The notes: generated by a model from the sequence alone, not told the origin. A stretch of 64,000 bases of DNA from Candidatus Eremiobacteria bacterium (GCA_963758295.1 CAVWUU010000001.1:128001-192000), one strand, 5' to 3'. Numbered from the stretch's first letter, positions 9,805 through 19,844 are shown. Numbers and translations are program-made.

Positions 9805-10124
9805 TGCGGCACTTTGCCAGCCTGCGGCGTAGCGCGGATTTTTCGCGGCTTCGCCAGCGGGGCCGGCGGATTGCCAGCGGCCTTCTCACCGTTTATTTCG
9901 CCGATCCTTTTGCTTCCGATAGCAGCGCGGTTGTCGGAATCACGGTCGGCAAGCCGGTGGGGAAAGCCGTAGTTCGTAATACGGTTCGCCGCCGCATCGC
10001 GGCGATTTTGCACAACGCATTGGAAGGGCGCCGGGTCCGGCTCTTGGTCGTCGCAAGACCGGGAGCGGCCCAGGCGCCTTTCGCACAATTGCAACGCGAA
10101 CTCGAGCGTGCGCTCGCTCGGTAG
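9804..10124 (+). CDS. rnpA: Ribonuclease P protein component
   Basis: LRRSADF...VGITVGKPVGKAVVRNTVRRR; synteny. Confidence 0.93.
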   Translation: MRHFASLRRSADFSRLRQRGRRIASGLLTVYFADPFASDSSAVVGITVGKPVGKAVVRNTVRRRIAAILHNALEGRRVRLLVVARPGAAQAPFAQLQRELERALAR

Positions 10125-10130
10125 GCTAGC

Positions 10131-10364
10131 ATGCGAGAATTGTTGATTCTGCTCGTTGGGGCGTACCGGCTGATTCTTTCACCGGTGCTGCCGCGCGCAT
10201 GCCGGTTCTATCCGAGCTGTTCGCAGTATGCCGTCGATGCGATTCAGAAACATGGAGCCGTGCGCGGGGTATGGTTGACTGCGCAGCGGCTCTCGCGCTG
10301 TCATCCGTGGCACCCGGGCGGCGTAGACCTCGTCCCCGATCGCGCGCGCCCCTTGGAAAGGTAA
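10131..10364 (+). CDS. yidD: Membrane protein insertion efficiency factor YidD
   Basis: CRFYPSCSQYA...RCHPWHPGGVD. Confidence 0.95.
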   Translation: MRELLILLVGAYRLILSPVLPRACRFYPSCSQYAVDAIQKHGAVRGVWLTAQRLSRCHPWHPGGVDLVPDRARPLER

Positions 10365-10367
10365 TCG

Positions 10368-11225
10368 TTGCACGTCTTACTCGGAACCAACGTGTTCCTC
10401 GATCCGATTGTCGCCGGCATGTCCTGGCTTGTACGAGCCATCAATGGGCCGGTGCACAACCTCGGCATCAGTCTTATCGTACTTGCGATCATCTTCCGCA
10501 TTGTGTTCTGGGGCTTGAACGCCAAGCAGTTCAAGTCGATGATGGCGATGCAGAAGATCGCTCCGAGGCTCAAAAAGCTGCAAGAACGCTACAAGGGCGA
10601 TCAGCAAAAGCTGCAGCAAGAGACCATGGCGCTCTACAAAGAGTCCGGCGCAAACCCGTTAACGGGCTGCTTGCCAATGCTGATTCAGTACCCGTTCATC
10701 ATCAGCGTCTTCTACATGGTGCTGCAGCATAAGAGCGACTACGAGAACCAGCACTTCCTTTGGATCGGCAGCGCTCTGGCCGCGCACTCACCGAAGCTCT
10801 TCGGCGTCGACGTCTTTGGTGCCAGCCTCGCCCATCCGGACGTGATCTTGCTCGTCCTATACGCAGTCTCGATGTACGTGAACGTGCGTTTCGGCAGCAT
10901 GCCGGCCACGGATCCGCAACAGGCGCAAACCCAGAAGATGATGTCCATCATGTCGCCGCTGATGCTGGGCTTCTTCGGCTTCAAGTACGGCTGGCCGTCG
11001 GCGATGGTGCTCTACTGGTTCGCGTCCAACCTCTTCCAATTCGCGCAGCAATTCTACATGCTCCGCCGGTTTAACGAACCGCTGTCGTTCCTTGATAGCG
11101 CGCACGTGATCACCGACGACGTTCCACCGGAGCAGCTTGCCCCGAAGGCGCAGGCCAAGTCGCTGCAAAGCGGCAACGGCACTCGCAAAGCGAAGAACAA
11201 GAAAACGAAAGGCGCTCAGTCGTAA
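10368..11225 (+). CDS. yidC: Membrane protein insertase YidC/Oxa1 (short form)
   Basis: KLQERYKGD...ETMALYKESGANPLTGCLPMLIQ; LYWFASNLF. Confidence 0.95.
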   Translation: MHVLLGTNVFLDPIVAGMSWLVRAINGPVHNLGISLIVLAIIFRIVFWGLNAKQFKSMMAMQKIAPRLKKLQERYKGDQQKLQQETMALYKESGANPLTGCLPMLIQYPFIISVFYMVLQHKSDYENQHFLWIGSALAAHSPKLFGVDVFGASLAHPDVILLVLYAVSMYVNVRFGSMPATDPQQAQTQKMMSIMSPLMLGFFGFKYGWPSAMVLYWFASNLFQFAQQFYMLRRFNEPLSFLDSAHVITDDVPPEQLAPKAQAKSLQSGNGTRKAKNKKTKGAQS

Positions 11226-11230
11226 TAACA

Positions 11231-11890
11231 ATGCTCTACGAAGACGATTTCGAGTTCGAAGAACAACCGGCCAACATTCGCGATCGCCAGATCCCGGGCA
11301 AAGGCGCTCCGCCTCGCACGGGCGGTGGCGGCGGTGGCGGCGGCGGACGCCGCGGCGGCGGCGGACGGGGACGAGGCAACGGTGGACGGCGCTATGGGGC
11401 GCCGCTCGGTGCGAGCTCCGGCGAGCACCACGAATTGCCCGAAAATGCCGTACCCGCGCGCGACCTGCTCGTGCAGCTGCTGGAAAAGATGGGCGTCGAT
11501 CAGGTTGAGATTGCGTACATCCCGCGTCAGGAAGGCGAGTATCTCGAAGTTACCGGACCCGATCTTGCCATGTTAATCGGCCGTCACGGCAACACGCTGG
11601 AAGCGTTGAATCTGATCTTCAACAACATCATCAATGCGGGCGTGCGCAGCAACCGCCGGTATTACACGATCGATGCCGAGGGATATCGCGCGCGCCGCGC
11701 CGATCAGCTCAAACATCTCGCGCTTGCGACGCTGGAACGCGTGTTGCGCGAAGGCAAAGCGCAGAAGCTCGAGCCGATGCTCCCGTCGGAGCGAAAGATC
11801 GTCCACCTCGCGCTCTCGGAAAACGAAAACGTGCGGACGGAATCCGAGGGTGAAGAGCCGGAACGCCGCGTGGTGGTGTTTCCCAAATAG
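11231..11890 (+). CDS. jag: Jag/KhpB (KH + R3H) RNA-binding protein with an RGG/Gly-rich N-terminus
   Basis: LIGRHGNTLEAL (KH), PMLPSERKIVHLAL (R3H), TESEGEEPERRVVV; follows yidC. Confidence 0.9.
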   Translation: MLYEDDFEFEEQPANIRDRQIPGKGAPPRTGGGGGGGGGRRGGGGRGRGNGGRRYGAPLGASSGEHHELPENAVPARDLLVQLLEKMGVDQVEIAYIPRQEGEYLEVTGPDLAMLIGRHGNTLEALNLIFNNIINAGVRSNRRYYTIDAEGYRARRADQLKHLALATLERVLREGKAQKLEPMLPSERKIVHLALSENENVRTESEGEEPERRVVVFPK

Positions 11891-11923
11891 CCTGGAGACT
11901 TCCCACGGTGACGGAATCATAAC

Positions 11924-11950
11924 AAGCGGTGCCCAAGGGCGCCGCTTTTA
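11924..11950 (+). terminator. Intrinsic terminator after jag
   Basis: AAGCGGTGCCC-aa-GGGCGCCGCTTTTA. Confidence 0.65.
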
Positions 11951-12001
11951 TATTTCCCTCCAAGCCGTAACATGCGCCGCCTGCGTTTGGTACGATAAGA
12001 C

Positions 12002-12436
12002 ATGAGCGCTTACGAACACAATCAGTGGGGCGCCATTCCCATCGTCGTTGCCGTCGTGATTTTTCTCTTTGCCGGCGCCGTGGTCGACGTTTCGCAACAG
12101 CCCGCTGCAGCCGTCTTGCTGATCGCGGCGGGCGTCCTAATTGCCTTCGCCCGTCTCGCCACGCGCGTCGATGAAACGGGCGTCAGTTGGGCCTTCACGG
12201 CCGGTGTTCCGCGCGGCTACATTGGGTTCAACGAAATCTATCGCATGGAACGCGTCCGGACGAGTCTCATCGAGGGATGGGGCATTCACTGGACCTGGTG
12301 GCACGGCTGGCTTTGGAACGTCGGCGGGTTCGACGCCGTGCAGTTTCTGCTCAAGAACGGCAAGAGCATCACCCTTGGAACCAACGACGCCGAGGGGCTT
12401 TACAAAGCCGTCCTCAGCCGTTTAACCGTCGTCTGA
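12002..12436 (+). CDS. Hypothetical membrane protein (two TM segments + bPH-like domain)
   Basis: Two hydrophobic segments, GWGIHW...WLWNVGGFDAV...GTND motif; TACGAT 5 nt before the ATG. Confidence 0.7.
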   Translation: MSAYEHNQWGAIPIVVAVVIFLFAGAVVDVSQQPAAAVLLIAAGVLIAFARLATRVDETGVSWAFTAGVPRGYIGFNEIYRMERVRTSLIEGWGIHWTWWHGWLWNVGGFDAVQFLLKNGKSITLGTNDAEGLYKAVLSRLTVV

Positions 12437-12485
12437 CGATCCGCGCCGGCAGTGCGGTTTCTTCTTTTGACGAATCGCGCGCATC

Positions 12486-13829
12486 ATGACGCGCGAAACG
12501 ATTGCCGCTATTGCGACGCCCCCGGGACGCGGCGCGATTGCCATCGTCCGCGCTAGCGGTCCGAACGTACGTGAGATTGCGGATCGTGTGGTTCCGGGTG
12601 TAGAGCTGCGTCCTCGATACGCCCACTACGCCGAGATTTTAGATCAGAGCGGTCACCCGATCGATCGCGGGCTCGCGCTCTTTTCTGCAGCGCCCCATAG
12701 TTACACCGGCGAACATACGCTGGAATTGCACGTGCATGGTTCGCCGATCGTTGCGCGCGAAGTGCTGCGTTCGCTGCTTGCGGCCGGCGCGCGCCTAGCC
12801 GAACCGGGCGAGTTCACGCGACGCGCGTTTTTAAACGGAAAACTCGATCTGCATGCGGCCGCGGCCGTCGCAGATTTAATCGATGCGGAAACGCGTTCGG
12901 CGGCGCGCGCCGCGCTAGCGAATCTCGGGGGCGGACTAGCGAACGACGTGCGAAGGTTGCGTTCGGTGCTTGCGTCCATCGTTGAAGAATGCAGCGGGGC
13001 CGTCGATTTTCCGGAAGAAATTCCGGACCCCGACCGTTCGCGTATCGACGGCGCGCTTGCGTCCATTCTGGAGGAGCTGCAACAGCTGCGGCGAGACGGC
13101 GAAGCCGGACGGCTCGTGCGCGAAGGCGTGACCGTCGCGATCGTCGGGCCGCCGAACGCGGGAAAATCCTCGCTGCTAAATGCGCTGCTGGGCGAAGACC
13201 GGGCACTCGTTTCGGAGATCGCCGGCACGACCCGGGACACGATCGAAGAATCGATTTCGATCGACGGAGTGCGCGTTCGTCTCGTCGATACGGCCGGAAT
13301 CCGCGAACATGCCGACCGCCTTGAAGCGGCCGGCATCGAGCGAACCCGCCATGCCCTCGAATCCGCGCGCGTGGCGCTCATCGTCATCGACGGGTCGGAG
13401 CCGCTTGGCCAAGAGGCGCGCGCGATTCTGGACGAGACCGCGGACCGCGAGCGTGTCGTCTTCTTCAACAAAGGCGATCTGGGCCAGAGCGGGGCCGAAG
13501 CCGAGGGCCTCGACGGAGCGGTAACCGGGTCCATCCGCAATGCGGGAACCATCGCACAGATCCGAGCGGCGCTCGCAGAGGTTGGCTGGGGCGGTGACGT
13601 CCCCGACCTCGAGCGGCCGCATCTCGCATCGTTGCGCGAATTCGACGCCGTCAATATTGCCATCGCGGCACTGAATGAAGCACGATGGACTCTGACGCGA
13701 AACGAACCTATCGATCTGATTGTTGGAGATTTACAAGCGGCGTTTGCGGCTCTCGGACACGTAAGCGGCGATATCGCTGCCGAAGACGTGTTGACCGGCG
13801 TGTTCGCGCGCTTTTGCATCGGCAAATGA
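12486..13829 (+). CDS. mnmE: tRNA modification GTPase MnmE
   Basis: TIAAIATPPGRGAIAIVR, GPPNAGKSSLLN, GTTRD, DTAGIR, C-terminal FCIGK. Confidence 0.97.
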   Translation: MTRETIAAIATPPGRGAIAIVRASGPNVREIADRVVPGVELRPRYAHYAEILDQSGHPIDRGLALFSAAPHSYTGEHTLELHVHGSPIVAREVLRSLLAAGARLAEPGEFTRRAFLNGKLDLHAAAAVADLIDAETRSAARAALANLGGGLANDVRRLRSVLASIVEECSGAVDFPEEIPDPDRSRIDGALASILEELQQLRRDGEAGRLVREGVTVAIVGPPNAGKSSLLNALLGEDRALVSEIAGTTRDTIEESISIDGVRVRLVDTAGIREHADRLEAAGIERTRHALESARVALIVIDGSEPLGQEARAILDETADRERVVFFNKGDLGQSGAEAEGLDGAVTGSIRNAGTIAQIRAALAEVGWGGDVPDLERPHLASLREFDAVNIAIAALNEARWTLTRNEPIDLIVGDLQAAFAALGHVSGDIAAEDVLTGVFARFCIGK

Positions 13830-13839
13830 GGAGGTCACC

Positions 13840-14388
13840 ATGATCGACACGCTCGCTCGCAATTGGTGGGCATTGCTGATTCGTGGAATTGCGGCAATCA
13901 TTTTCGGGCTGCTCGCGCTTCTTTGGCCCGCGGCCGCCGGCGCCGCGCTCGTCATTCTCTTCGGCGCGTATGCCTTCGTCGACGGACTCTTTGCGATCGT
14001 TGCCGCGATCCGCGCCGCTGAATCACACGAACGCTGGGGCGCATTGCTATTCGAAGGAATCGTCGGCATCGTGATTGCCGCCATTGTTTTCCTCGAACCG
14101 CGCGCCGCGGCGTTCGGACTTTACATAACGATCGCGATTTGGGCGTTTTTAACGGGCATTTTGGAGATCGCGGCAGCTATTAGATTGCGCTCGATTCTTC
14201 CGAACGACTGGATGCTGTTGCTCGCGGGAATCGCGTCGATCGTTTTCGGCGTGTTGATGATCGTCTATCCGCTCGCAGGCGCGCTTACCGTCATCTGGCT
14301 AATCGGCGCGTATGCGGTCGTCTTCGGCGTGATCATGATCGGCTTCGCGTTTCGTTTGCGCAGCCGGTCCGTCGCCGCGCTGGTTTAG
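13840..14388 (+). CDS. HdeD/DUF308 family membrane protein
   Basis: NWWALLIRGIAAIIFG; six TM helices in a duplicated pattern; GAGGAGG RBS. Confidence 0.88.
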   Translation: MIDTLARNWWALLIRGIAAIIFGLLALLWPAAAGAALVILFGAYAFVDGLFAIVAAIRAAESHERWGALLFEGIVGIVIAAIVFLEPRAAAFGLYITIAIWAFLTGILEIAAAIRLRSILPNDWMLLLAGIASIVFGVLMIVYPLAGALTVIWLIGAYAVVFGVIMIGFAFRLRSRSVAALV

Positions 14389-14729
14389 CCGCTCGTTCCC
14401 GAACCTGAGGCGCCGCCGCAGCTGTAGTCCAACGTCGTGCTGCAAGCCTTGATGTCGTACGTGGTATTGCCGCGCACGCGGACGGCCTGCGCGGCTTGCG
14501 AAGGCACGTCGGCCGATTGCCAGGTAAGGCGATAGGTTCCCGGAGCTAACTTTAGGGTAAAGCGGCCGTCCCGCCCGGTCGTCACGGCGTGCCGGACGAT
14601 GCCGTGCGCGGCGGTGACGTGCACACCGGCGAGCGGCTGGCCCGTCGTTGCATCGGTAACGCGTCCGGTAAGGAGCGCGAGCGCTAAGACAACAAGAGCG
14701 TTGGCGAGGCGGCTGTGAGCTTTTGGCAT
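14385..14729 (-). CDS. Small secreted carboxypeptidase-regulatory-like (prealbumin-fold) protein
   Basis: LTGRVTDATTGQPLAGVHV...TGRDGRFTL.LAPGTYRL; start uncertain. Confidence 0.7.
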   Translation of the reverse strand: MPKAHSRLANALVVLALALLTGRVTDATTGQPLAGVHVTAAHGIVRHAVTTGRDGRFTLKLAPGTYRLTWQSADVPSQAAQAVRVRGNTTYDIKACSTTLDYSCGGASGSGTSG

Positions 14730-14749
14730 ATCTGGTACACTAGCACATC

Positions 14750-16615
14750 GTGAACGGGGCATATCGGAACGACGACGCGGGAGTCATCGTCGTTGGCGGC
14801 GGTCATGCGGGCGTGGAAGCCGCCCTGGCTTCGGCGCGCCTCGGCGTCGCCACCGTCCTCGTAACGGGGAACCCGGAAAAAATCTGTACGCTTCCGTGCA
14901 ATCCGTCGATCGGCGGCAGCGCTAAGGGCCAGCTCGTACGTGAAATTGACGCGCTCGGAGGCGCCATGGCGTCGCTGGCCGACCGGTGCAGCGTTCATTC
15001 GCGCTTCTTGAACGAGACGAAGGGGCCGGCCGTCCGCGCCCTGCGGCAACAGATGGACAAGCCGGCGTATGCACGGCTTGCCATCCGAGTATTGCGCGAG
15101 CAAACGAATCTGACGATCGTGCAAGGGTTAGTAGAGGATTTGATCGTCGAGAGCGGCGCGGTGCGTGGAGTGATTTGCACCGACGGCGCGAGATATTTTG
15201 CGCACCGCGTCGTCCTCGCTACGGGAACGTTCCTCGGCGGTAAAACGTTTCGCGGCGACGTCGTTCAGGCCGAAGGGCGTTTTGGTGAGGCGCCTGCAAT
15301 CGGTCTCTCGCATACTCTCCGGGAGATCGGCTTTCCGACCCGCCGGTTAAAAACCGGTACGCCGCCGCGCATCGATCGTAACACCATCGATTACGAAGCG
15401 ATGCAGCTGCAGTCCGCGAGCGATGTTCCGTTGATGTTTTCGTATCGCAGCGAACCGCAATTCGCAGGCCCGCAATTGCCGTGCTTCATCACCGAGACCA
15501 ACGCACGCACGCATCAACTCGTACGCGAAAACCTGCATTTATCGCCGCTTTACGGCCTAGATTTGATCGAAGGCATCGGCCCGCGTTATTGTCCTTCGAT
15601 TGAAGATAAAGTCATAAAATTCGCGCATAATCCAACGCACCAAATCTTTATCGAGCCGGAAGGCTGGGATGAACCGACGCTTTACGTCGGTGGATTTTCG
15701 ACGTCGTTGCCGGCGGAAGTGCAGCTGGAAATGTTACACACGTTGCCCGGCTTGGAGCATTGCACGATGTTGCGCGCGGGATACGCGGTGGAGTACGACA
15801 TGGTGCCACCGACCGAATTGCGAGATTCGCTCGAAACGCATCGCGTTGCCGGCTTGTATCACTGCGGACAACTCAACGGCACGTCAGGATATGAAGAAGC
15901 GGCAGCGCAGGGCCTGATGGCCGGCATGAATGCGGCACTTGCCGCTCAAGGCCGCGAACCGGTTCGTTTGGAGCGCAGTGAAGCCTACATCGGCGTGATG
16001 ATCGACGATCTCGTAACAAAGGGCGTCGACGAGCCGTATCGGATGCTCACCTCGCGTGCCGAGCACCGGGTGCTTTTGCGACACGACAACGCCGATACGC
16101 GTCTTACCCCGATCGGCCGCGAAGCCGGGCTCGTAGACGACGAAGGCTGGGAGGCCTTTCAGGCGCGGCAGTCGCAGGTGCGAAACGCGATCGTACGCGC
16201 TGAACGGGAACGGGTCGGTAGCGGCACGATCAAGGATCAAGCCTTTGGTCCGGGCCATACTCTCGCGGACGCGCTCCGACGTCCGACGCTAGAGTTTGAG
16301 GATGTTTCAGCACGATTCGCGCCTGCGTTACCGCCACAAACGGGAGAACGCGCAGCGATCGAGATCAAGATCGCCGGCTACGTGCGCCGCCAGCAAATGG
16401 CAATCGAGAAGGCGGCCAAGACGGAACGGCTGGAGATCCCGGAGGACCTCGACTACGGATCGATGACCGCGCTTTCGCGTGAAGCACGCGAGAAACTCAG
16501 CCATCAGCGACCGCGCACGCTCGGTGCAGCGGCGCGCATTCCGGGCGTGACGCCCGCCGACGTTGCAATCGTCGGCCTGTACATCCATCGCGAGCGGAGC
16601 GCCGCGACCGCGTGA
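14750..16615 (+). CDS. mnmG: tRNA uridine 5-carboxymethylaminomethyl modification enzyme MnmG
   Basis: [55 protein letters not shown]. Confidence 0.97.
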   Translation: MNGAYRNDDAGVIVVGGGHAGVEAALASARLGVATVLVTGNPEKICTLPCNPSIGGSAKGQLVREIDALGGAMASLADRCSVHSRFLNETKGPAVRALRQQMDKPAYARLAIRVLREQTNLTIVQGLVEDLIVESGAVRGVICTDGARYFAHRVVLATGTFLGGKTFRGDVVQAEGRFGEAPAIGLSHTLREIGFPTRRLKTGTPPRIDRNTIDYEAMQLQSASDVPLMFSYRSEPQFAGPQLPCFITETNARTHQLVRENLHLSPLYGLDLIEGIGPRYCPSIEDKVIKFAHNPTHQIFIEPEGWDEPTLYVGGFSTSLPAEVQLEMLHTLPGLEHCTMLRAGYAVEYDMVPPTELRDSLETHRVAGLYHCGQLNGTSGYEEAAAQGLMAGMNAALAAQGREPVRLERSEAYIGVMIDDLVTKGVDEPYRMLTSRAEHRVLLRHDNADTRLTPIGREAGLVDDEGWEAFQARQSQVRNAIVRAERERVGSGTIKDQAFGPGHTLADALRRPTLEFEDVSARFAPALPPQTGERAAIEIKIAGYVRRQQMAIEKAAKTERLEIPEDLDYGSMTALSREAREKLSHQRPRTLGAAARIPGVTPADVAIVGLYIHRERSAATA

Positions 16616-17295
16616 TCGAATTTGCCGAACTTGAAGCGTTGCTCGAAGCAGGCGGCGTCGAGCAGCGGCACCGTGCTGCCCTTGCGCAGTACGGCATGCT
16701 TGTGCTCGAGGCGAACCGCCAGTTCAACCTCACCGGCGCGAAGAGCGCGGCGGAATTTGGCCCGCACCTCCTGGATAGCCTCACCGTGGCACCGTTTGTG
16801 GAGCGTTCTCTCGTCGACGTTGGCTCGGGCGGCGGGTTGCCGGCAATTCCCCTCGCCATCGTGACGGGCGTGCCGGTCACCATGATCGAGACGACCGTGA
16901 AGAAGGCTCGATTCCTCGAACGAATGCTCTCGGAATTCGGCCTGAAGGGCGAAGTGATCGCCGAACGGGCAGAAGTCGCGGCCCGCGACCAGCGCTTGCG
17001 CGACCGCTTTTATACCGGGACTGCGCGGGCCGTTTCTACAGCGCCGACGGTTGCGGAGCTGCTGCTGCCGTTTATCGAGCCGGGGGGCGCAGCCCTAATG
17101 CAACGTGGGACGTTGGACGAGCAGGAACGCCACGCTTTAGAAGATGCCGCAGCGGTCCTTGGCGCTCAGCTCGAGCGTTACGTGCAGGTCGATGCCGCGG
17201 ACCGAAGGATTGCCATCGTGCGAAAAACGGGGCCAACCCCTCAGCGCTTTCCGCGACGTACGGGGATCCCGGAAAAACGGCCGCTCTGCCTCTGA
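16612..17295 (+). CDS. rsmG: 16S rRNA m7G527 methyltransferase
   Basis: [50 protein letters not shown]. Confidence 0.95.
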   Translation: MIEFAELEALLEAGGVEQRHRAALAQYGMLVLEANRQFNLTGAKSAAEFGPHLLDSLTVAPFVERSLVDVGSGGGLPAIPLAIVTGVPVTMIETTVKKARFLERMLSEFGLKGEVIAERAEVAARDQRLRDRFYTGTARAVSTAPTVAELLLPFIEPGGAALMQRGTLDEQERHALEDAAAVLGAQLERYVQVDAADRRIAIVRKTGPTPQRFPRRTGIPEKRPLCL

Positions 17296-17296
17296 G

Positions 17297-17990
17297 TTAG
17301 CCGTGCGACGCCGCGACCGCCTCGAGGAAGCCGTAAAAGAGCGGGCCCCCGAGCGGCTCGTGCAGAGCCATACGCTCGGGATGCCATTGCACGGCGGCGA
17401 GCCACGGTTTGCGCATCGGCTGGACCCACTCGATGGCTTCGACTGTCCCGTCGGCATGGCGGCTTACGGCGCGCAAGCCATGCCCAATGCGATCTACGGC
17501 CTGATGGTGAGAAGACGTTACTTCCCCTGACGTGGCGTTCACCAGCAAGGCGAGCGCTGAGGCTTCATCGATATGAATGCCGTGGCGGCTTTCGTCGTGT
17601 AGGCGATGAGCTTCGGTTGGAAGGTTAGGGACGAGCGTCCCACCCTGATGCACGTTGATAAGCTGCATTCCCCGGCAGATCGCAAGCGTAGGCAACCCGT
17701 CGGGAGAAGGCTTGATCGAGAATCCGGAACTCGATCTCGTCGCGACCGTCAGCCGTGCGGCAAACGCCGGCCGCATCTTGGCGTCCGTAGCGGTTCGGGT
17801 CGACGTCCGCACCGCCGGTCAGAATCAGGCCATCCATGGTCTTAATCGCGGCTTCGTCAACATCGCGGCCGGAGCCGGCCAGCCAAAACAGCTGCACGTC
17901 AATGTTCCGCGCCTCGGCGGCCGCCATTAGAGCGCCCATATAAAGACGATACTTCGGCGTGCCTTGGTCAAAACTAAGGCCGATCTTCAT
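17297..17990 (-). pseudogene. Gamma-glutamyl-GABA hydrolase / peptidase C26 (class I GATase), split by a +1 frameshift near 17697 (pseudogene or sequence error)
   Basis: N-half DGLILTGGADVDP..YG...RDEIE in one frame; C-half LAICRGMQLINVHQGGTL...SSHHQAV...AVQWHPE in another. Confidence 0.85.
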
Positions 17991-18028
17991 TAGGACGCCT
18001 GGTTCGGGTTCGTCCGGAGGCTCCCTCG

Positions 18029-18058
18029 CGTTTCACGGGGAACTTCCCGGTGAAACAA
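18029..18058. promoter_or_regulatory. Double parS-like site (left arm of a 30-bp inverted repeat)
   Basis: CGTTTCAC-GGGGAACTTCCCG-GTGAAACAA; half-sites match parS TGTTTCACGTGAAACA. Confidence 0.75.
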
Positions 18059-18072
18059 GGTAGGAGCGATTC

Positions 18073-18441
18073 GTGGACGAGCTATCGGATTTGGAGCAGG
18101 GGATTATTCTAGGAGTGCTCATGGGCGAGGGACACTTCGGCGGAGACGGCAAGCAAGCGCAGGTTACCTTAAAGCTGCACGTGCGGCACGAGCCGCTGAT
18201 GCGCTGGCTCCACGACCGCATCCGTTGGTCGAAGCTCTATGGCCCGTACCACTATGACGGCCGGCATTTCATGCAGTTGATGTTCCGCGGCGAAAGTCTG
18301 CGCCGCGTCCTGGTTCCGATGCTGGCAAAGTTGCCGTGGCGCGAAATCGACCAGCACTCATACGGGCGCTTCCGGATCATGTGCGAACGATACGGGCTCC
18401 TTTCGGATGACGAAGTTGTTTCACCGGGGAGTTCCTCGTGA
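18073..18441 (+). CDS. Stand-alone single-motif LAGLIDADG-like protein
   Basis: GTAGGAG RBS; N-terminal helix GIILGVLMGEGHF resembles the LAGLIDADG motif, followed by an alpha/beta pattern; 122 aa. Confidence 0.6.
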   Translation: MDELSDLEQGIILGVLMGEGHFGGDGKQAQVTLKLHVRHEPLMRWLHDRIRWSKLYGPYHYDGRHFMQLMFRGESLRRVLVPMLAKLPWREIDQHSYGRFRIMCERYGLLSDDEVVSPGSSS

Positions 18442-18445
18442 AACA
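18416..18445. promoter_or_regulatory. Double parS-like site (right arm of the inverted repeat)
   Basis: TTGTTTCAC-CGGGGAGTTCCTC-GTGAAACA; reverse complement of 18029-18058 with 3 mismatches. Confidence 0.75.
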
Positions 18446-19844
18446 CCCGCTAGATGCGGTTTTGGCCTCCGCGCTTCCCTCGGGCTCGCTGTATGCGGTC
18501 GGCGGCCGAGTGCGCGACGAGTTGCGAGCGGAAATCGAAGGCGTCGACGTCCCCTTTAAGGACCTTGATTTCGTCGTCACGGGCGTGGCCCTCACCGAGC
18601 TGCGCCGCCGGATGGCCCAAGTGGGCCGCGTCGATCTCGTCGGCGCCTCATTTGCCGTGCTCAAGGTTACGGTCGGTGGTGAAACCGTCGACGTTGCCCT
18701 GCCGCGGCGGGAACGCTCGACCGGCCACGGCCATCGCGACTTCGACGTTCAAAGCGGCCCTGATATTCCGCTCGAGGAGGATTTGGCGCGCCGGGATTTT
18801 CGGATGAATATGATCGCGCGAGCGATTCCGTCTGGAACCCTTGTCGACCCATATCATGGCGAGGCGGACATTCGCGCCCGCCGGATCGACGTGCTGACAG
18901 ACGTCAGCTTTGAAGAAGATCCCTTGAGAATGCTTCGTGCCGCCCAGTTCGCCGCTCGTTTTGGCTATGAGCCAACCCCGGCGACGCGAAGGGCGATGGC
19001 GAAAGCCTCGCCGCTCGTTGCGGAGGTTTCACCCGAGCGTCTATACGAGGAGCTGATGAAGCTGTTCGGCCGCGCGGCAAAGCCCTCGACCGGGCTGCGT
19101 CTGCTTGAAGAAACGGGCGTACTGGGCCACTTCTGGCCGGAACTCCTCGAGGGTGCCGGCGTAGAGCAGAACGAGTGGCACGCATATGACGTCTGGCGCC
19201 ACAACTGGGAAACGATGGATGCTGTGCCGCCCGGCGACGCGACGTTGCGCGTTGCCGCGCTGCTCCATGATGTCGGCAAGCCCCGAACCAAAGACGGCCC
19301 GCATTTTTACCGCCACGAGATCGTCGGCGCGGAGATGGCACGCGAAATGCTGCGGCGCTTGCGCTTTCCGAACGAAACGATCGAGACAGTAGAACATCTG
19401 GTGCGGCATCACATGTACAATCAGGACCCCAATCTCACCGACGCCGCGGTGAGGCGCTTCATTCGCCGGATCGGCGTGCACCATTTGCAGCGTCAGTTTG
19501 CGGTGCGCCAAGCGGACATCAGGGGCTCGGGCATGCCCAAGCGCGACGAATCGAACGAGCAGTTCGAGCGGCGCGTCTGGGACGAAGTCGACCGGAAGCC
19601 GGCATTTTCCGTCGCCGACCTTGCCATCGGCGGGAGTGACGTGGTTGAAGCGTTGATCGCTGAAGGGTCAGCGAAGCCAGGCTTCAAGGGTGATGTTCGG
19701 GTGGGCGAGCTGCTCCACTGGCTTTTCGAGCAGGTTACGGACCGGCCCGAGCGTAACACGCGCCAGACGCTCCTCGCGCTCTTAGTTGAGCGCGTTCGGG
19801 AGCGTTCTGTTTCACCGGGAAAGAATACGCGGAGTTCCGCTTGA
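18438..19844 (+). CDS. cca: tRNA nucleotidyltransferase (CCA/poly(A) polymerase family) with HD domain
   Basis: YAVGGRVRD, DLDF, DLARRDFRMN, EDPLRMLRAAQF, HAYDV..H, LLHDVGKP. Confidence 0.9.
   Translation: MKHPLDAVLASALPSGSLYAVGGRVRDELRAEIEGVDVPFKDLDFVVTGVALTELRRRMAQVGRVDLVGASFAVLKVTVGGETVDVALPRRERSTGHGHRDFDVQSGPDIPLEEDLARRDFRMNMIARAIPSGTLVDPYHGEADIRARRIDVLTDVSFEEDPLRMLRAAQFAARFGYEPTPATRRAMAKASPLVAEVSPERLYEELMKLFGRAAKPSTGLRLLEETGVLGHFWPELLEGAGVEQNEWHAYDVWRHNWETMDAVPPGDATLRVAALLHDVGKPRTKDGPHFYRHEIVGAEMAREMLRRLRFPNETIETVEHLVRHHMYNQDPNLTDAAVRRFIRRIGVHHLQRQFAVRQADIRGSGMPKRDESNEQFERRVWDEVDRKPAFSVADLAIGGSDVVEALIAEGSAKPGFKGDVRVGELLHWLFEQVTDRPERNTRQTLLALLVERVRERSVSPGKNTRSSA
19808..19823. promoter_or_regulatory. 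parS-like site just upstream of parA
   Basis: TGTTTCACCGGGAAAG, the same variant as in the 30-bp arms. Confidence 0.6.

Noticed and set aside
18029..18445. IS/MITE or group I intron/intein around the LAGLIDADG-like ORF
   Set aside because: No transposase or target-site duplication seen, neighbouring genes are not interrupted, and the arms are made of parS-like halves.
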